This document shows, one piece after another, positions 1 to 10,527 of a stretch of DNA of 64,000 nucleotides. Made by a program: the position numbers and the translations under genes. This DNA is from Arcobacteraceae bacterium (GTDB lineage: Bacteria; Campylobacterota; Campylobacteria; Campylobacterales; Arcobacteraceae), in assembly GCA_021107755.1 (NCBI GenBank), contig JAIOSF010000032.1, positions 18,094-82,093 on the forward strand, written 5' to 3'. Positions within the stretch are counted from its first letter, which is position 1; each line of letters starts with the position of its first letter. The notes beneath the pieces are model-generated. The model worked only from the letters and a program-made list of their open reading frames with translations. It was not told the DNA's origin and ran no database searches.

Positions 1-568
1 CGATTTTTGCTAGAGGATTTTTACTCTCTTTTGAGAGTTGAAACCATGTTGTTCCATCATATGTTTTTTGGTGTTCAGGATTTTTTATCAAACTATTTAT
101 ATCTTGTATGTAATCAAGTGATTCATCAACAGCACCAACTAAAGCTTCATCTATTTTATCAATAGAGATATCAAAATATGCTAATTCAAAAGCTTTTTCA
201 AAGGAAACATCTTCAGCTGTAATATAAAAGTTATTTCCAAGAGTATTTAAAGCTTCAGAGATTAAAAATCCTACATTATTCCCATTGATATTTAAAAAAT
301 CAAAAGGCATAACTATCTCATCTGTTTTACTTACTTGCATAAGAACAGTATTCATATCTTCTATACAACCATACTCACTAGCAGTATAAATATTGATATT
401 GGTATCATATTGTTTATTTTCAAGAGCTCTGAGTGCACCATAAATTGCCATAATATTAAATTTTGATACTCTTCTAAATTGTTTTTGTGTAACTTCTTTT
501 AAAAGTTGTTTATACTCTTTTGTCGTTTTATTTTGAAAGGTTGCATGAAAAGTTGTGCTAATATACAT
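1..568 (-). CDS. beta-ketoacyl synthase N-terminal-like (chain-length-factor-like) protein, N-terminal part; gene continues past the left edge
   Basis: Not in the ORF track because there is no stop in the window. Own translation from ATG 568-566 gives MYISTTFHATFQNKTTKEYKQLLKEVTQKQFRRVSKFNIMAIYGALRAL..., with no in-frame stop down to nt 2. Same RR-x-S/T...A..A layout as the CLF-like ORF 16949-17620. Lies directly downstream of a KS gene. Confidence 0.45.
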   Translation of the reverse strand, partial: MYISTTFHATFQNKTTKEYKQLLKEVTQKQFRRVSKFNIMAIYGALRALENKQYDTNINIYTASEYGCIEDMNTVLMQVSKTDEIVMPFDFLNINGNNVGFLISEALNTLGNNFYITAEDVSFEKAFELAYFDISIDKIDEALVGAVDESLDYIQDINSLIKNPEHQKTYDGTTWFQLSKESKNPLAKI

Positions 569-574
569 ATAAAT

Positions 575-1723
575 TTAACCTTTGTTACTTAATATTAAAG
601 TGGTATTACTTCCACCAAAACCAATAAATTGGAATAATATAGTGGTATTTGATACAGGTTTATTTGCTAATAAAGGTTCAAAAGAGATATCTTCATAGCC
701 ATTTTGATAGTTGAGTGTTTTAGGGATAAATCCCTCTTTTATAAATTCACATAGTAAAACTATCTCAGAAGTTCCACAAGCCCCTAGTGTATGTCCTAAA
801 AAAGGTTTTAATATTACTACATCTGTTGTTTCATTATAAGTTTTAAAAAGAGTATCAAGTGCTTTTGCTTCAGAGAGATTTGAGTTCTCACTTCCTGTTG
901 CATGCGCTTTGATACAAGTTAAATCTTTAGGGGTAAGGTATGCTTTTTTTAAAGCTTTTTGCATAGAGTTACAAGTTGTTTCCCCTGATGGATTTGAACC
1001 CGTTATTGAATGGTTATCAAAAGAGGTATTAGTAGCTATTACTTTAAAACAAGTATTGTCTTTTTTTGCACTGTCTAAAACTACAGCAGAACAGGTTTCC
1101 CCTAAAATCAAACCATCACTTTCTTTATCAAATGGTTTGTATATTCCATTTTTACTCAGAAGCATAAGTGATTCAAAACCTTTATAGGTTGATTTATTAA
1201 AGAGTTCAAGTCCTATGATTAAAGCTCGTTTTATTTTGTTTGCTTGGATAAGTTCTGTTGCATATGATATTGAGTTTGCTGTTGAGGTACAAGCTGTTTG
1301 TAGTATAGTGGCTTTATATTTTGAATCTACTAAGTTTTCAACAAAAGTACCAATATTTCCATACCCAACCTCTTCAAGCATTTTTGTTGATTGGTTATTG
1401 TAGTAGAGTTGACTTTGCTCTTCATTTATAGATATTGACATTGAGGTTGAACCTATAAAGATATGTAACTCTTTTTGTTCCTCTTGTGATAAGTTTGCAT
1501 CTTCTATAGCTTGAGAGATAGTATCTTTTAATATTGTATAAAATTTTTCTTTTTCATTCTGAAAAGTTTGATTGATTTTAAAAAAATTAAATCCATTGTG
1601 ATTATCTTGAACAAAATCTTTATAATTTGTATTGTCTATTTTTTTTGCAGTTTGGATACTTTGAAATTTATCATTACCTAGTGCACATACTAATGATGAA
1701 CCAGTGATATAAACTTGTTTCAT
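575..1723 (-). CDS. beta-ketoacyl-ACP synthase (KAS I/II family, APE-type)
   Basis: 382 aa. Active-site Cys context LQTACTSTANSISYA; His motifs KAHATGSENSN and GHTLGACGTSE; C-terminal GFGGSN. Confidence 0.85.
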   Translation of the reverse strand: MKQVYITGSSLVCALGNDKFQSIQTAKKIDNTNYKDFVQDNHNGFNFFKINQTFQNEKEKFYTILKDTISQAIEDANLSQEEQKELHIFIGSTSMSISINEEQSQLYYNNQSTKMLEEVGYGNIGTFVENLVDSKYKATILQTACTSTANSISYATELIQANKIKRALIIGLELFNKSTYKGFESLMLLSKNGIYKPFDKESDGLILGETCSAVVLDSAKKDNTCFKVIATNTSFDNHSITGSNPSGETTCNSMQKALKKAYLTPKDLTCIKAHATGSENSNLSEAKALDTLFKTYNETTDVVILKPFLGHTLGACGTSEIVLLCEFIKEGFIPKTLNYQNGYEDISFEPLLANKPVSNTTILFQFIGFGGSNTTLILSNKG

Positions 1724-1989
1724 TATTTTGATTGAATATGCTCTGTTAAAGAGTTTATAGAAACCATTATTTTTCGAAGTTCCTTACTATCAGTTGTATT
1801 GAGGTTGTATTTTTTGTTTAAAGCAAGTGAAATTTGCAACGCATCTAAAGAGTCTAGTTGAAGATTTGAATCGGAACCAAAAAGTATCTCATCATCTGTT
1901 ATATCATCAACTTCACACTCTTTTTCACACTCATCTATGATAAGTTGTTTGAGTTCATTTTTTAAATTCTCAGTGTCGAAATTTGACAT
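1723..1989 (-). CDS. acyl carrier protein
   Basis: 88 aa, acidic. Phosphopantetheine-Ser motif in LQLDSLDALQISLAL. Translationally coupled to flanking genes. Confidence 0.8.
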   Translation of the reverse strand: MSNFDTENLKNELKQLIIDECEKECEVDDITDDEILFGSDSNLQLDSLDALQISLALNKKYNLNTTDSKELRKIMVSINSLTEHIQSK

Positions 1990-3152
1990 TATACATTTTC
2001 CTTTTTCTTTAAAACCATATATGATAAAGCTAAAAAACTACATCCAAATATCACAAGATAAAGAATATAAGTTCTTATATCACTCAGCCCGCCACCCATT
2101 ACAAAAATCTCTAACAACCCTTCAAGTCCCCAATTCATAGGGGAAAAAGTTGTGATATTTTGCATAAATTCAGGCATTACAAATTTTGGTACCATGATAC
2201 CACCAAGTGCTGCTAATAATATATTAGAGACACCACCAATTGTAGTTGCTTCCTCTGAAGTACTACTTATATTTGCTATAAATATAGCAAAAGAGATAGC
2301 TGCAAACGAAATTGCACTACTCATCATAAAAATTAAACCATAGTTTCCATTTATTTGGAGAGTATCTCCATTTAGTAGAGGCACTATATAAATCCCAACT
2401 AATATCATAAATAATACTTGAATTTGGTTTATTATAAAATATGGTACCATTTTACCTAAAATAATTGAAATAAAAGGTATATCCATACTTTTCAATCTAT
2501 CAATTGTTCCAAAATTCTTTTCATTTATAAAAGCATTTGAGATAGGAATGAGAATAAAAAACATTGAAAAAACAAGCCAAGATGGTACACTATATTGTAC
2601 AGAAGTTGGTTTGATTTTAAATTTTTCCTCTTTATAAGTTGGGATAATAGAGATTTTATCATTTAACTTTGACAAAGTTTTTCCATCTATTTTATTTTTT
2701 ATAAAATACTCTTTCATAATTTGTTTTGAAATGATCTCAGTAAGTAGGTTTTTAAATAACAATTGGTTTTGTAAAGAGATACTTGGATTTAGATAAATAT
2801 CAATATGAAAATCTTTTTTATTTGTATTAATTTGAGTTTTATACTCTTGTACTATATTGACAATAAAATCAAAATTTTTCTTATACATAAGTTCTTTTAT
2901 ATTTTCATTATTTGTAATTTTAGCTTGAAAATAATTGTTTTTATTGATCTCTTGTGTTAAGTGTGTTGTATCTTTATTACTCAAAGTATTTATTGCAACT
3001 TGTAGTTTTGTATCTATAGTATTTGAATAGGTATTTTGGAGTGCCAATGACATAATAATAATAAAAAGTGTAGGCATAATAAAAAGTACTAAAAGAGCAT
3101 GGATATCTCTGCTAATGAGTAAAAATTCTTTTTTTAAAATATATCTAAACAT
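1989..3152 (-). CDS. ABC-2 type transporter permease
   Basis: 387 aa. N-terminal TM, long soluble loop, then a cluster of C-terminal TM helices. Start abuts the stop of the ATPase gene. Confidence 0.7.
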   Translation of the reverse strand: MFRYILKKEFLLISRDIHALLVLFIMPTLFIIIMSLALQNTYSNTIDTKLQVAINTLSNKDTTHLTQEINKNNYFQAKITNNENIKELMYKKNFDFIVNIVQEYKTQINTNKKDFHIDIYLNPSISLQNQLLFKNLLTEIISKQIMKEYFIKNKIDGKTLSKLNDKISIIPTYKEEKFKIKPTSVQYSVPSWLVFSMFFILIPISNAFINEKNFGTIDRLKSMDIPFISIILGKMVPYFIINQIQVLFMILVGIYIVPLLNGDTLQINGNYGLIFMMSSAISFAAISFAIFIANISSTSEEATTIGGVSNILLAALGGIMVPKFVMPEFMQNITTFSPMNWGLEGLLEIFVMGGGLSDIRTYILYLVIFGCSFLALSYMVLKKKENV

Positions 3153-4012
3153 CAGTCTCTTAAATTCCCTTTTGTAAGATTTAAAAACAGCTCTTCTAAG
3201 TTTTTGTTATTAAAAACTATATTTTCTATAGGGGTGTTTCTGTTTTTAAGAAGAGCAAGTGTTTCAATAAGGTTATTATAATCATCTTTAACATTAACTT
3301 GAATATCTTCTGTATCTGTTTTTATAGTGACAAAAGAGTTTTTTTCTAAAAGTAACTCTTTTTTCTCATGTAAAATAATTTTATGATTATCAAGTATTGC
3401 GATATCATCACAAAGGTATTCTATCTCTTCCATATAGTGTGAGGTGTATATAATAGTTGTTTTATCTTCTTGATTGATTCGTTTTATAACATCAAGTATA
3501 TATTTTCTAGATTGTGGGTCAATTCCTACTGTTGGTTCATCAAGATAGAGTATTTTTGGATTATTGAGTAAGCCAATAGCGATATTTAATCTTCTTTTTA
3601 CACCACCTGAATATGTATGGGCTCTTTTATCTAAAAATTTTTCTAAAGAAGTTACCTCTACACAATACTCTATTCTTTTTCTTAGTTCACTATTTTTAAG
3701 TCCATATAATGCACCAAAAAACTCTAGGTTTTCATAAGCAGTAAGATTTGGATAGAAAGCATAAGTTTGTGGCACATAAGAGCTTATTTGTTTGATCTGT
3801 TTTTTATCTTTTTGATAATCATATCCAAAGATATCTATCTCTCCTGAATCGCTAGTTTGCAGATAATTCATAATTGATACAAGGGTAGTTTTACCTGCAC
3901 CATTAGGTCCTAAGAGTCCAAAAAGTGAACCCTCTTTTATTTCTAAAGAAAGATTATCTAGTACCTTATTTTTTTTATAGGATTTTGTTAAGTTTTTTAT
4001 CTCTATAGTCAT
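3152..4012 (-). CDS. ABC transporter ATP-binding protein
   Basis: Walker A GPNGAGKTT, ABC signature YSGGVKRRL, Walker B ILYLDEPTVGID. Confidence 0.9.
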   Translation of the reverse strand: MTIEIKNLTKSYKKNKVLDNLSLEIKEGSLFGLLGPNGAGKTTLVSIMNYLQTSDSGEIDIFGYDYQKDKKQIKQISSYVPQTYAFYPNLTAYENLEFFGALYGLKNSELRKRIEYCVEVTSLEKFLDKRAHTYSGGVKRRLNIAIGLLNNPKILYLDEPTVGIDPQSRKYILDVIKRINQEDKTTIIYTSHYMEEIEYLCDDIAILDNHKIILHEKKELLLEKNSFVTIKTDTEDIQVNVKDDYNNLIETLALLKNRNTPIENIVFNNKNLEELFLNLTKGNLRD

Positions 4013-4013
4013 C

Positions 4014-5198
4014 TTATTGTATCAACATCTTTTTGCCTACTAGGGTTGTTTTTATCTCATCAACTAATTTTAGGTTTATAGTAAATCTCATATTTGATAA
4101 CTCTTTTTTAAGAAGGGATTTTATATCTTTGATTAGAATATTTTCTTTTGTTTGCAGTGTAATATTTAACTCTTCACCTCGTAAAGCATCTTTGTCTGTA
4201 GTTACAAACACTACAGCTTTTTCTATGTTTGGTTGTGTTTCTAATATATTTTCTATTTGTATAGTTGAGTATCTTTTTCCTGCTAGTTTTATAATTTGTG
4301 AACTTCGTCCAACAAGTTTGAATTGATTTTCTTCTATCTCTACAAAATCAAAAGTTTGAATCTCATGATTTGTCACTTTAAATTTATCTTCATAAAGGAT
4401 ATTTGAGATAAAAGGGGATTTTACTTTGAGTTCCCCCTCTTTGTTTTGAGATATTTTCACACGATTCATAGGTGTCCATTTTTCATCATCATTATATTTA
4501 TATGCAATACCACCTGTTTCAGTTGAGCCAAATATTTGGATAATATCAGTAGAAAAATTGTTATAAAACTCTTTTGATACCTCTGGAAAAAGTGGTGCTG
4601 TTGAGCTTACAAAAATTGATTTACTTAAATCTTTTTTTATTTGAAGTTTATTAAGAGATTTTATATAAAGTGGCGTTGTAACTACCATCGAATATTCATC
4701 TACAAGTTCAAGTAGATCATGAGGTAAAAAATGCTCTTTTATAATTATATCTATATCATTTACCAAAGGATAAATTGCACCAAAAAGTGAACCATAAAAA
4801 TGGATAAAAGGGACGGTTACGATGATTCTTTTAATAGTATATTGTTCAAAAAGTTTTGTAAGTTGTTCTATCTCACTTAAGAAGTTTTCTTTTGTTTTGA
4901 AAGCACCTATGGGTGCACCAGTTGTCCCTGAGGTAAAATAGATAAATGAAAAATCTTTCTTTTTAAAATCATTAAAATCTAGTTTATTAATTTTTTCTAT
5001 GATAGCTTTATTACTCTTGTCAAAAAGAATTGCTTTTGAATTATTAAAATAAGTTTTAAAAATATTTAAAATATTTTCCTCTTTTGTACTAAGTCCAATA
5101 TAGGAGATGTCACTTTGTATCTCTGTATTAGTCAGAGTATCAGCCGATATGATATGTTCTGTTATAGAGCCATTATCATTGTAAACTTTTAGAGTCAT
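4014..5198 (-). CDS. AMP-dependent synthetase/ligase (aryl-acid adenylating enzyme, ApeH / 4-coumarate ligase-like role)
   Basis: 394 aa. AMP-binding motif FTSGTTGAPIG and GSTETGG. Sits in a cluster with an ammonia-lyase and ACPs. Confidence 0.7.
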   Translation of the reverse strand: MTLKVYNDNGSITEHIISADTLTNTEIQSDISYIGLSTKEENILNIFKTYFNNSKAILFDKSNKAIIEKINKLDFNDFKKKDFSFIYFTSGTTGAPIGAFKTKENFLSEIEQLTKLFEQYTIKRIIVTVPFIHFYGSLFGAIYPLVNDIDIIIKEHFLPHDLLELVDEYSMVVTTPLYIKSLNKLQIKKDLSKSIFVSSTAPLFPEVSKEFYNNFSTDIIQIFGSTETGGIAYKYNDDEKWTPMNRVKISQNKEGELKVKSPFISNILYEDKFKVTNHEIQTFDFVEIEENQFKLVGRSSQIIKLAGKRYSTIQIENILETQPNIEKAVVFVTTDKDALRGEELNITLQTKENILIKDIKSLLKKELSNMRFTINLKLVDEIKTTLVGKKMLIQ

Positions 5199-7267
5199 CG
5201 AGGAACCTTATGTGTTAATAATAAAATTATAAGTGACACTATACCAAGAGTTGCTATAAGACCAATTGAAAATAGGGCATTTACTTTTGAAAAAATCAAA
5301 ACACCAAAGCCAGCAAAAGTAGAGAGCAAAGAGTAAAATATCGCTTTTTGTGTATTGCTACTAAGCTTTGTATTATTCATGTAAATTCCATAATCAATAC
5401 TTAAAGAGACAAGAACTATCATCATAAAAATATGTAAGATATTTAACTCTACAAAAAAAGATACTAAAAGAATCAAAGCTATTGGAAATAAAATATAATT
5501 TAAAGCTTGGAAAAATCTATTTTTTACTGCAATATATAACATTACACAAATAAATACTAAAGCAATGATAGATAAAAACTGTAAACTTTGTAAAGACTTT
5601 GTTAAATCTTTTTTGAAAAGCTCTTTAAAACTTAATGTTTTGATATATGGTTCTTTAATGATATTGTCATAATCACTATTTGATACTATCGCATAACTTA
5701 TAAAGAGATTTTTGTATTTACCTATAGGAAAGTTTTGTAACTCTTGGTAAGTGTATTGTGGTAAATTACTTTGAAGTTTATAACTCTCATGAAATAAATT
5801 TTCTCGAAATCCAACTTCTTTTGTTACTGTATTTAATTTTTGATTGAGAGTTTCAAATCTCCTAGTATCAAACTTTTCAAAACTATTTTTAGTTGGTATA
5901 TTTTCTAAAGCACTTTTCGTTTTAGGATAGGTAGTTTGTAGATTATGTGTATTGTTCACTAACTCTTCTATTGAATTACCATAGAGTAACACAGCAGTTT
6001 TTTTATCTTTATTTATATATTTGTTAAAAAAGTTATCTAAAGATTGTAATTCAATATTATCTACATCAAGATTTTTAATATTAAAATCAATTTTGATATT
6101 TGGTATTGCAAGAGCTATTAAAATCACAGAGACAAGAGTTATATATATTGGTTTGAGTGTAAATCTATTTTTTGTTATATATGTTGATTGTGTTGATTTG
6201 ATATTTAAGTAAGGGAATAAAAAAGTAAATTGAATATATGAAAAAAGTAAAGCAGATATAGAAAAAATAGTTAGTTGTTGAATAAAACTAAAATCTACAA
6301 AAGAGAGTATAAAAAAAGCTCCAATTGTTGTACTCATACCAAAAAAAACATCTTTGTTTAAAGGTTTTCTTTGTTCATAATATCCATGCAGATAGTTGTG
6401 AAACATATAATCAATAGCAATAGTAGAAATAGAGATACCAAAAACAACGGTAAATATAGATAACTCATCAAAAATAAAAGCACTTATAACAAGTGCAAAT
6501 AATACAGAGGAACCAAGTGTTGTAACAGTATGCACTAAAAGTTTGAAATTTCGAAGAATAACAATATATAAAATAAATAAAACACTCAAAGCAAGAGTGA
6601 TGATGATATTTACATCACTTTTAATTTTTTCTTGATTTTCCACAAAATAAAACAAAGTGGAAAATGCCTCTATCTTTGCATCTGTTTGTTTTAAGTTTTG
6701 AACTAAATCATAAATCTCTTTATATTTGACAAAACTATTAACACTTTTGTCAAGTTGTAGAAAAGTTATATATCCATAGTTTTCTATTTTTATATAAGGT
6801 GACTTTAGTATGGTATTTTTTTCAAAAAGATTGAGTGGATCAATTGTATCGAGTGAAAAACTAAAAGGTGATGTGATTATTTTTTGATATATCTTTGTAA
6901 GTTCTTGTTTTATATCTAAGGAGTCGTATTTTTTCTCATCAAACTTATGAAGTAAATAGTAATATTTTTTTTCATACTCTTTATTGATAATAGAATTTGT
7001 TATTGGATCTATATTTTTATGTTCTAAAAGTTGCTTTTCTATTTTTTTTAAACTATTTAAAGTGTTTTTATCTTCCCCTTTATAAGCTATAAAAAGTTGT
7101 TTGTTTGTATTAAGTTTTTCAAACTCTCTTAAAAGTGCTTTATTTTCACCAGCAGGGAGAATACTTGTGATTTGTGTTGAGATATGATTAGGGACATCAC
7201 TAGCAAAAAAAATTGCTAGTAAAACAAATAATATTATAAAGTTAAGGTATTTACTCAATCTCTTCAA
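5195..7267 (-). CDS. MMPL/RND-superfamily membrane exporter (ApeM-like)
   Basis: 690 aa. Two bundles of hydrophobic helices separated by large soluble domains. Position next to the LolA-like gene matches APE clusters. Confidence 0.6.
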   Translation of the reverse strand: MKRLSKYLNFIILFVLLAIFFASDVPNHISTQITSILPAGENKALLREFEKLNTNKQLFIAYKGEDKNTLNSLKKIEKQLLEHKNIDPITNSIINKEYEKKYYYLLHKFDEKKYDSLDIKQELTKIYQKIITSPFSFSLDTIDPLNLFEKNTILKSPYIKIENYGYITFLQLDKSVNSFVKYKEIYDLVQNLKQTDAKIEAFSTLFYFVENQEKIKSDVNIIITLALSVLFILYIVILRNFKLLVHTVTTLGSSVLFALVISAFIFDELSIFTVVFGISISTIAIDYMFHNYLHGYYEQRKPLNKDVFFGMSTTIGAFFILSFVDFSFIQQLTIFSISALLFSYIQFTFLFPYLNIKSTQSTYITKNRFTLKPIYITLVSVILIALAIPNIKIDFNIKNLDVDNIELQSLDNFFNKYINKDKKTAVLLYGNSIEELVNNTHNLQTTYPKTKSALENIPTKNSFEKFDTRRFETLNQKLNTVTKEVGFRENLFHESYKLQSNLPQYTYQELQNFPIGKYKNLFISYAIVSNSDYDNIIKEPYIKTLSFKELFKKDLTKSLQSLQFLSIIALVFICVMLYIAVKNRFFQALNYILFPIALILLVSFFVELNILHIFMMIVLVSLSIDYGIYMNNTKLSSNTQKAIFYSLLSTFAGFGVLIFSKVNALFSIGLIATLGIVSLIILLLTHKVPR

Positions 7268-7733
7268 TAGTTATCCTATCTTGGTTCACAAAATTTATTT
7301 TTAGATATTTGAGTTTGTCTTTATTTTTCTCATATTCTATATTTTCTATAACAGAAGAGAGATACTCATTTGGTAAAAGAGTTGTTGTATTATCATTGTT
7401 TTTGATTGTGAAATTTTCATTAAGTAGGGTTGTATTGTTTGTATATACACCTAAGACTAGTTGAAAAAAAAGATTATATTCTACACTTTCCTCATGTGTA
7501 AAAGTTTCTGTAGTTTCTTGAGTTATAATTTGAATATTTTCATTTGTATAAATAATATTTTTATCACTATTTTTGTAGTGTAAAGTAACTTTACTCTCTT
7601 CAATATTTAAAGTACCAATTTTACTAAATACATTATCTAATGCATAAATATATTTAGTTTCATTAAAGAGTACCTCTTTTGAAAATAAAATGTTGATTGC
7701 AATTAATAGAATAAGAGATATTTTAAACATCAT
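7251..7733 (-). CDS. LolA-like outer-membrane lipoprotein carrier family protein (ApeL-like)
   Basis: 160 aa. Signal peptide MMFKISLILLIAINILFS, beta-rich remainder. Synteny with the MMPL exporter. Assignment by context only. Confidence 0.4.
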   Translation of the reverse strand: MMFKISLILLIAINILFSKEVLFNETKYIYALDNVFSKIGTLNIEESKVTLHYKNSDKNIIYTNENIQIITQETTETFTHEESVEYNLFFQLVLGVYTNNTTLLNENFTIKNNDNTTTLLPNEYLSSVIENIEYEKNKDKLKYLKINFVNQDRITIEEIE

Positions 7734-8259
7734 AATCCTTTTTTAGATATATTTTTTTATGTATCATTTGCAAAATAAATGCAACAATAAAAACAAAATA
7801 CCAGCCAATAGAGCTATAGTATATCCAATAGTTTATATTATCAGATTGTAAAACAACAATATGAATTAAGATATTTATTATAGAGATTATACACCAAAAA
7901 AGTGTTGATTTTTGGATATATTCTTTTTCATTTGTAGATACTTCCTTTTTAAATCTATCCAATACTAAAAGTATAAAAGAGTTGTTTGTAAAGTAACTAT
8001 AGAAAAAATACAAACTCACAAGGATAGATATAAAAAGAGGTAAACTTTTTAGTAGTAAGAAATTGTCAAAACTAAAAGCTAGAATTGCAACTATGATATA
8101 AAAAAGAGGAAAGACACTCTCTTTGTAACTTTTTCTAATCGCTATAAGTAACCAAATAAGTGCTATAGTAAAAACTATACTTGAGACAACTTTTAAATCA
8201 AAATATCGTAATGATAAAAAAACAAAAGGTGCATAAAGAAGCGAAAATAATATATGCAT
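7723..8259 (-). CDS. integral membrane protein of APE-type clusters (COG4648-like, function unknown)
   Basis: 178 aa, about 5 TM helices. Overlaps neighbours in an operon arrangement. Confidence 0.45.
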   Translation of the reverse strand: MHILFSLLYAPFVFLSLRYFDLKVVSSIVFTIALIWLLIAIRKSYKESVFPLFYIIVAILAFSFDNFLLLKSLPLFISILVSLYFFYSYFTNNSFILLVLDRFKKEVSTNEKEYIQKSTLFWCIISIINILIHIVVLQSDNINYWIYYSSIGWYFVFIVAFILQMIHKKIYLKKDYDV

Positions 8260-8261
8260 CT

Positions 8262-8969
8262 TTAGCGAACCATACCACCACTAATATTAAGCGTTTCACC
8301 TGTGATAAATGTAGCATCAACAGCCATAAAATAAGTTGCTTTTGCTACCTCTTCAGGTTTTCCAAATCTATTTAAAGGGATAGCTTTTTTCATCTCTTTT
8401 ACATTTGGAATATTTTCTATCATCTCTGATTCTATAATACCTGGAGCTATTGTATTGACTCTTATTTTATATCGACCTAGTTCAATTGCTAGAGTTTTAG
8501 TCAACGCTATAATTCCACCTTTTGAAGCAGAATAGTTAGCTTGACCACTATTACCCACAATTCCAGAAATAGAAGCCATATTTATGATACTTCCATTTTT
8601 GTTCATCATCATATCTTTTGAAAGAGTTTTTGTCACATAATACAAACCTTTTAAGTTTGTATCAATAACATCTTCAAATTCATCATCTTCCATAAAGAAA
8701 AAAAGATTATCTTTGATAATACCAGCATTATTTATAAGAACATCTACACTTATATTTTCTAAAGCTTCTTGAATAGCGTTTTTATCTTTGATATTAAAAG
8801 TGATTAGCTCTCCAGAATTTCCTATATCTTCAAGGATATCTAAAGCTTTTGCCTTATTTGAGTTGTAGTGTATATAAACAAAGTATCCATTTTTAGCAAA
8901 CTCTTTGACTATCGCTTCGCCGATACTTCCAGTGGCTCCTGTAACTAATACTTTTTTTGTTTCCATCAT
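8262..8969 (-). CDS. 3-oxoacyl-ACP reductase (SDR, FabG-like)
   Basis: NAD(P)-binding TGATGSIGEAI, NNAG, catalytic YSASKGG. Confidence 0.9.
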   Translation of the reverse strand: MMETKKVLVTGATGSIGEAIVKEFAKNGYFVYIHYNSNKAKALDILEDIGNSGELITFNIKDKNAIQEALENISVDVLINNAGIIKDNLFFFMEDDEFEDVIDTNLKGLYYVTKTLSKDMMMNKNGSIINMASISGIVGNSGQANYSASKGGIIALTKTLAIELGRYKIRVNTIAPGIIESEMIENIPNVKEMKKAIPLNRFGKPEEVAKATYFMAVDATFITGETLNISGGMVR

Positions 8970-8977
8970 AGACTTCT

Positions 8978-10498
8978 TTATATAAATTTTGCTTCTTGTA
9001 GAATTATATTGATATTCTTTATATCAATATCCATTCTTCTATCTTCATACAATGGTTTTACTATTTTTCTTATCTCTTTATAGATATTTGCAAGATGTGG
9101 CGATACTTCACTTACCCCTCTTATATCAACAGCCTGAGCCATCCCTATAAATGCAATTGAGAGCATATTATGCAACTCTGGCATCATCTTAGCAAAATCA
9201 TTTGCAGCTGTTGTTCCCATAGATACTTTATCTTGATTTAGAGATTCTGTCGGTCTTGAGTGGATTGAAGCAGCTGTTGTATTTTTGATAACATCAGCAC
9301 TTAATGAGCTTAATGAAATTTGCATAGCTTTAAATCCATGAAAAAATGGCTCTGTTGAAAGCTTTAAATTTTCTCCTAAACCACGATTAAATTTATGGTC
9401 AACTAAAAGTGCAAACTCTTTATCGAGTAAGTCAGCTAAATTTGCAGCACAAATTTTAAGAGTATCCATAGCATGAGCTACATATCCACCATAAAAATTT
9501 CCAGAAGTATATATTTTTTGATTTTCTCCATCTATTAGTGGATTATCGTTTACACTGTTTATCTCTGTTTCTACCCAGTTTTTAGATATCTCAAGATTGT
9601 CTCTTATTACACCTAGAACTTGTGGGGCACATCGCATAGAATAGGTATCTTGGATATTTAAGTCATTATCTGCAAAAAACTTATCATATCTATCATCTCT
9701 ACCGTGAGTGAGTTTAGAACCAGAAATTTTAGTTTGTATGTTTTTGGCAGCTTTTATTTGTCCACTAAAAGGTTTTGAATCATGCACAAAATCTGCAACA
9801 GGTGTATCATCTCCTAGTAAAACTTCAAACATCCCAGCAACATATGATTCCATTGAATCTAAGATAACTTCAAATTCCTCTATAGCTTTGAGTGCTATGG
9901 CACTCATTATAGTAGTACCATTCATAATAGCTAAAGCTTCTTTGGGTTCAAAACTATAAGGTGTGATATTAAGTTCATTATAAACTTCCATCACATCTTT
10001 TATCTCACCTTTGTAATATACTTCTCTTTCCCCTGCAATCACAGCAGCTATATAAGATAATGGTGTTAAATCTCCACTTGCACCAACAGACCCTTGCGAT
10101 GGAATCACAGGAATAATATCTTTTTGAATTAGCATTTCAAGTCTATGTAAAAGATTCATAGATACTCCAGAACGAGCTTTACTTAGAGAAATAGTTCTAC
10201 AAATCACTGCATATCTACACACTTCATAACTTAGGTTTTTCCCTATACCACATCCATGAAAACGAAAGAGATTTGTTTGTAATGTTGCTGCATCATCGTA
10301 GGTTACATAGTTTTTACCACTTGCACCATATCCTGTAGTAATACCATATATTGGTTTACCAGCTTTGATTGTATTCATCATAAAATCATGTGTATGATTC
10401 ATAAAAGTGATAAATGTTTCATCTTTTGAAATCTCTATATTTGTAGCTTTTATTATCTCTTCTAAAGATATCGTTCTTTTATCTATTGTTAATTTCAT
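8978..10498 (-). CDS. aromatic amino-acid ammonia-lyase (HAL/TAL/PAL family, MIO cofactor)
   Basis: 506 aa. MIO-forming Ala-Ser-Gly in SQGSVGASGDLTPLS. Family-typical GITTGYG and NDNPL. Confidence 0.9.
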   Translation of the reverse strand: MKLTIDKRTISLEEIIKATNIEISKDETFITFMNHTHDFMMNTIKAGKPIYGITTGYGASGKNYVTYDDAATLQTNLFRFHGCGIGKNLSYEVCRYAVICRTISLSKARSGVSMNLLHRLEMLIQKDIIPVIPSQGSVGASGDLTPLSYIAAVIAGEREVYYKGEIKDVMEVYNELNITPYSFEPKEALAIMNGTTIMSAIALKAIEEFEVILDSMESYVAGMFEVLLGDDTPVADFVHDSKPFSGQIKAAKNIQTKISGSKLTHGRDDRYDKFFADNDLNIQDTYSMRCAPQVLGVIRDNLEISKNWVETEINSVNDNPLIDGENQKIYTSGNFYGGYVAHAMDTLKICAANLADLLDKEFALLVDHKFNRGLGENLKLSTEPFFHGFKAMQISLSSLSADVIKNTTAASIHSRPTESLNQDKVSMGTTAANDFAKMMPELHNMLSIAFIGMAQAVDIRGVSEVSPHLANIYKEIRKIVKPLYEDRRMDIDIKNINIILQEAKFI

Positions 10499-10527
10499 AT
10501 ATTATTTATTCTCCCAGTCTTATATAT

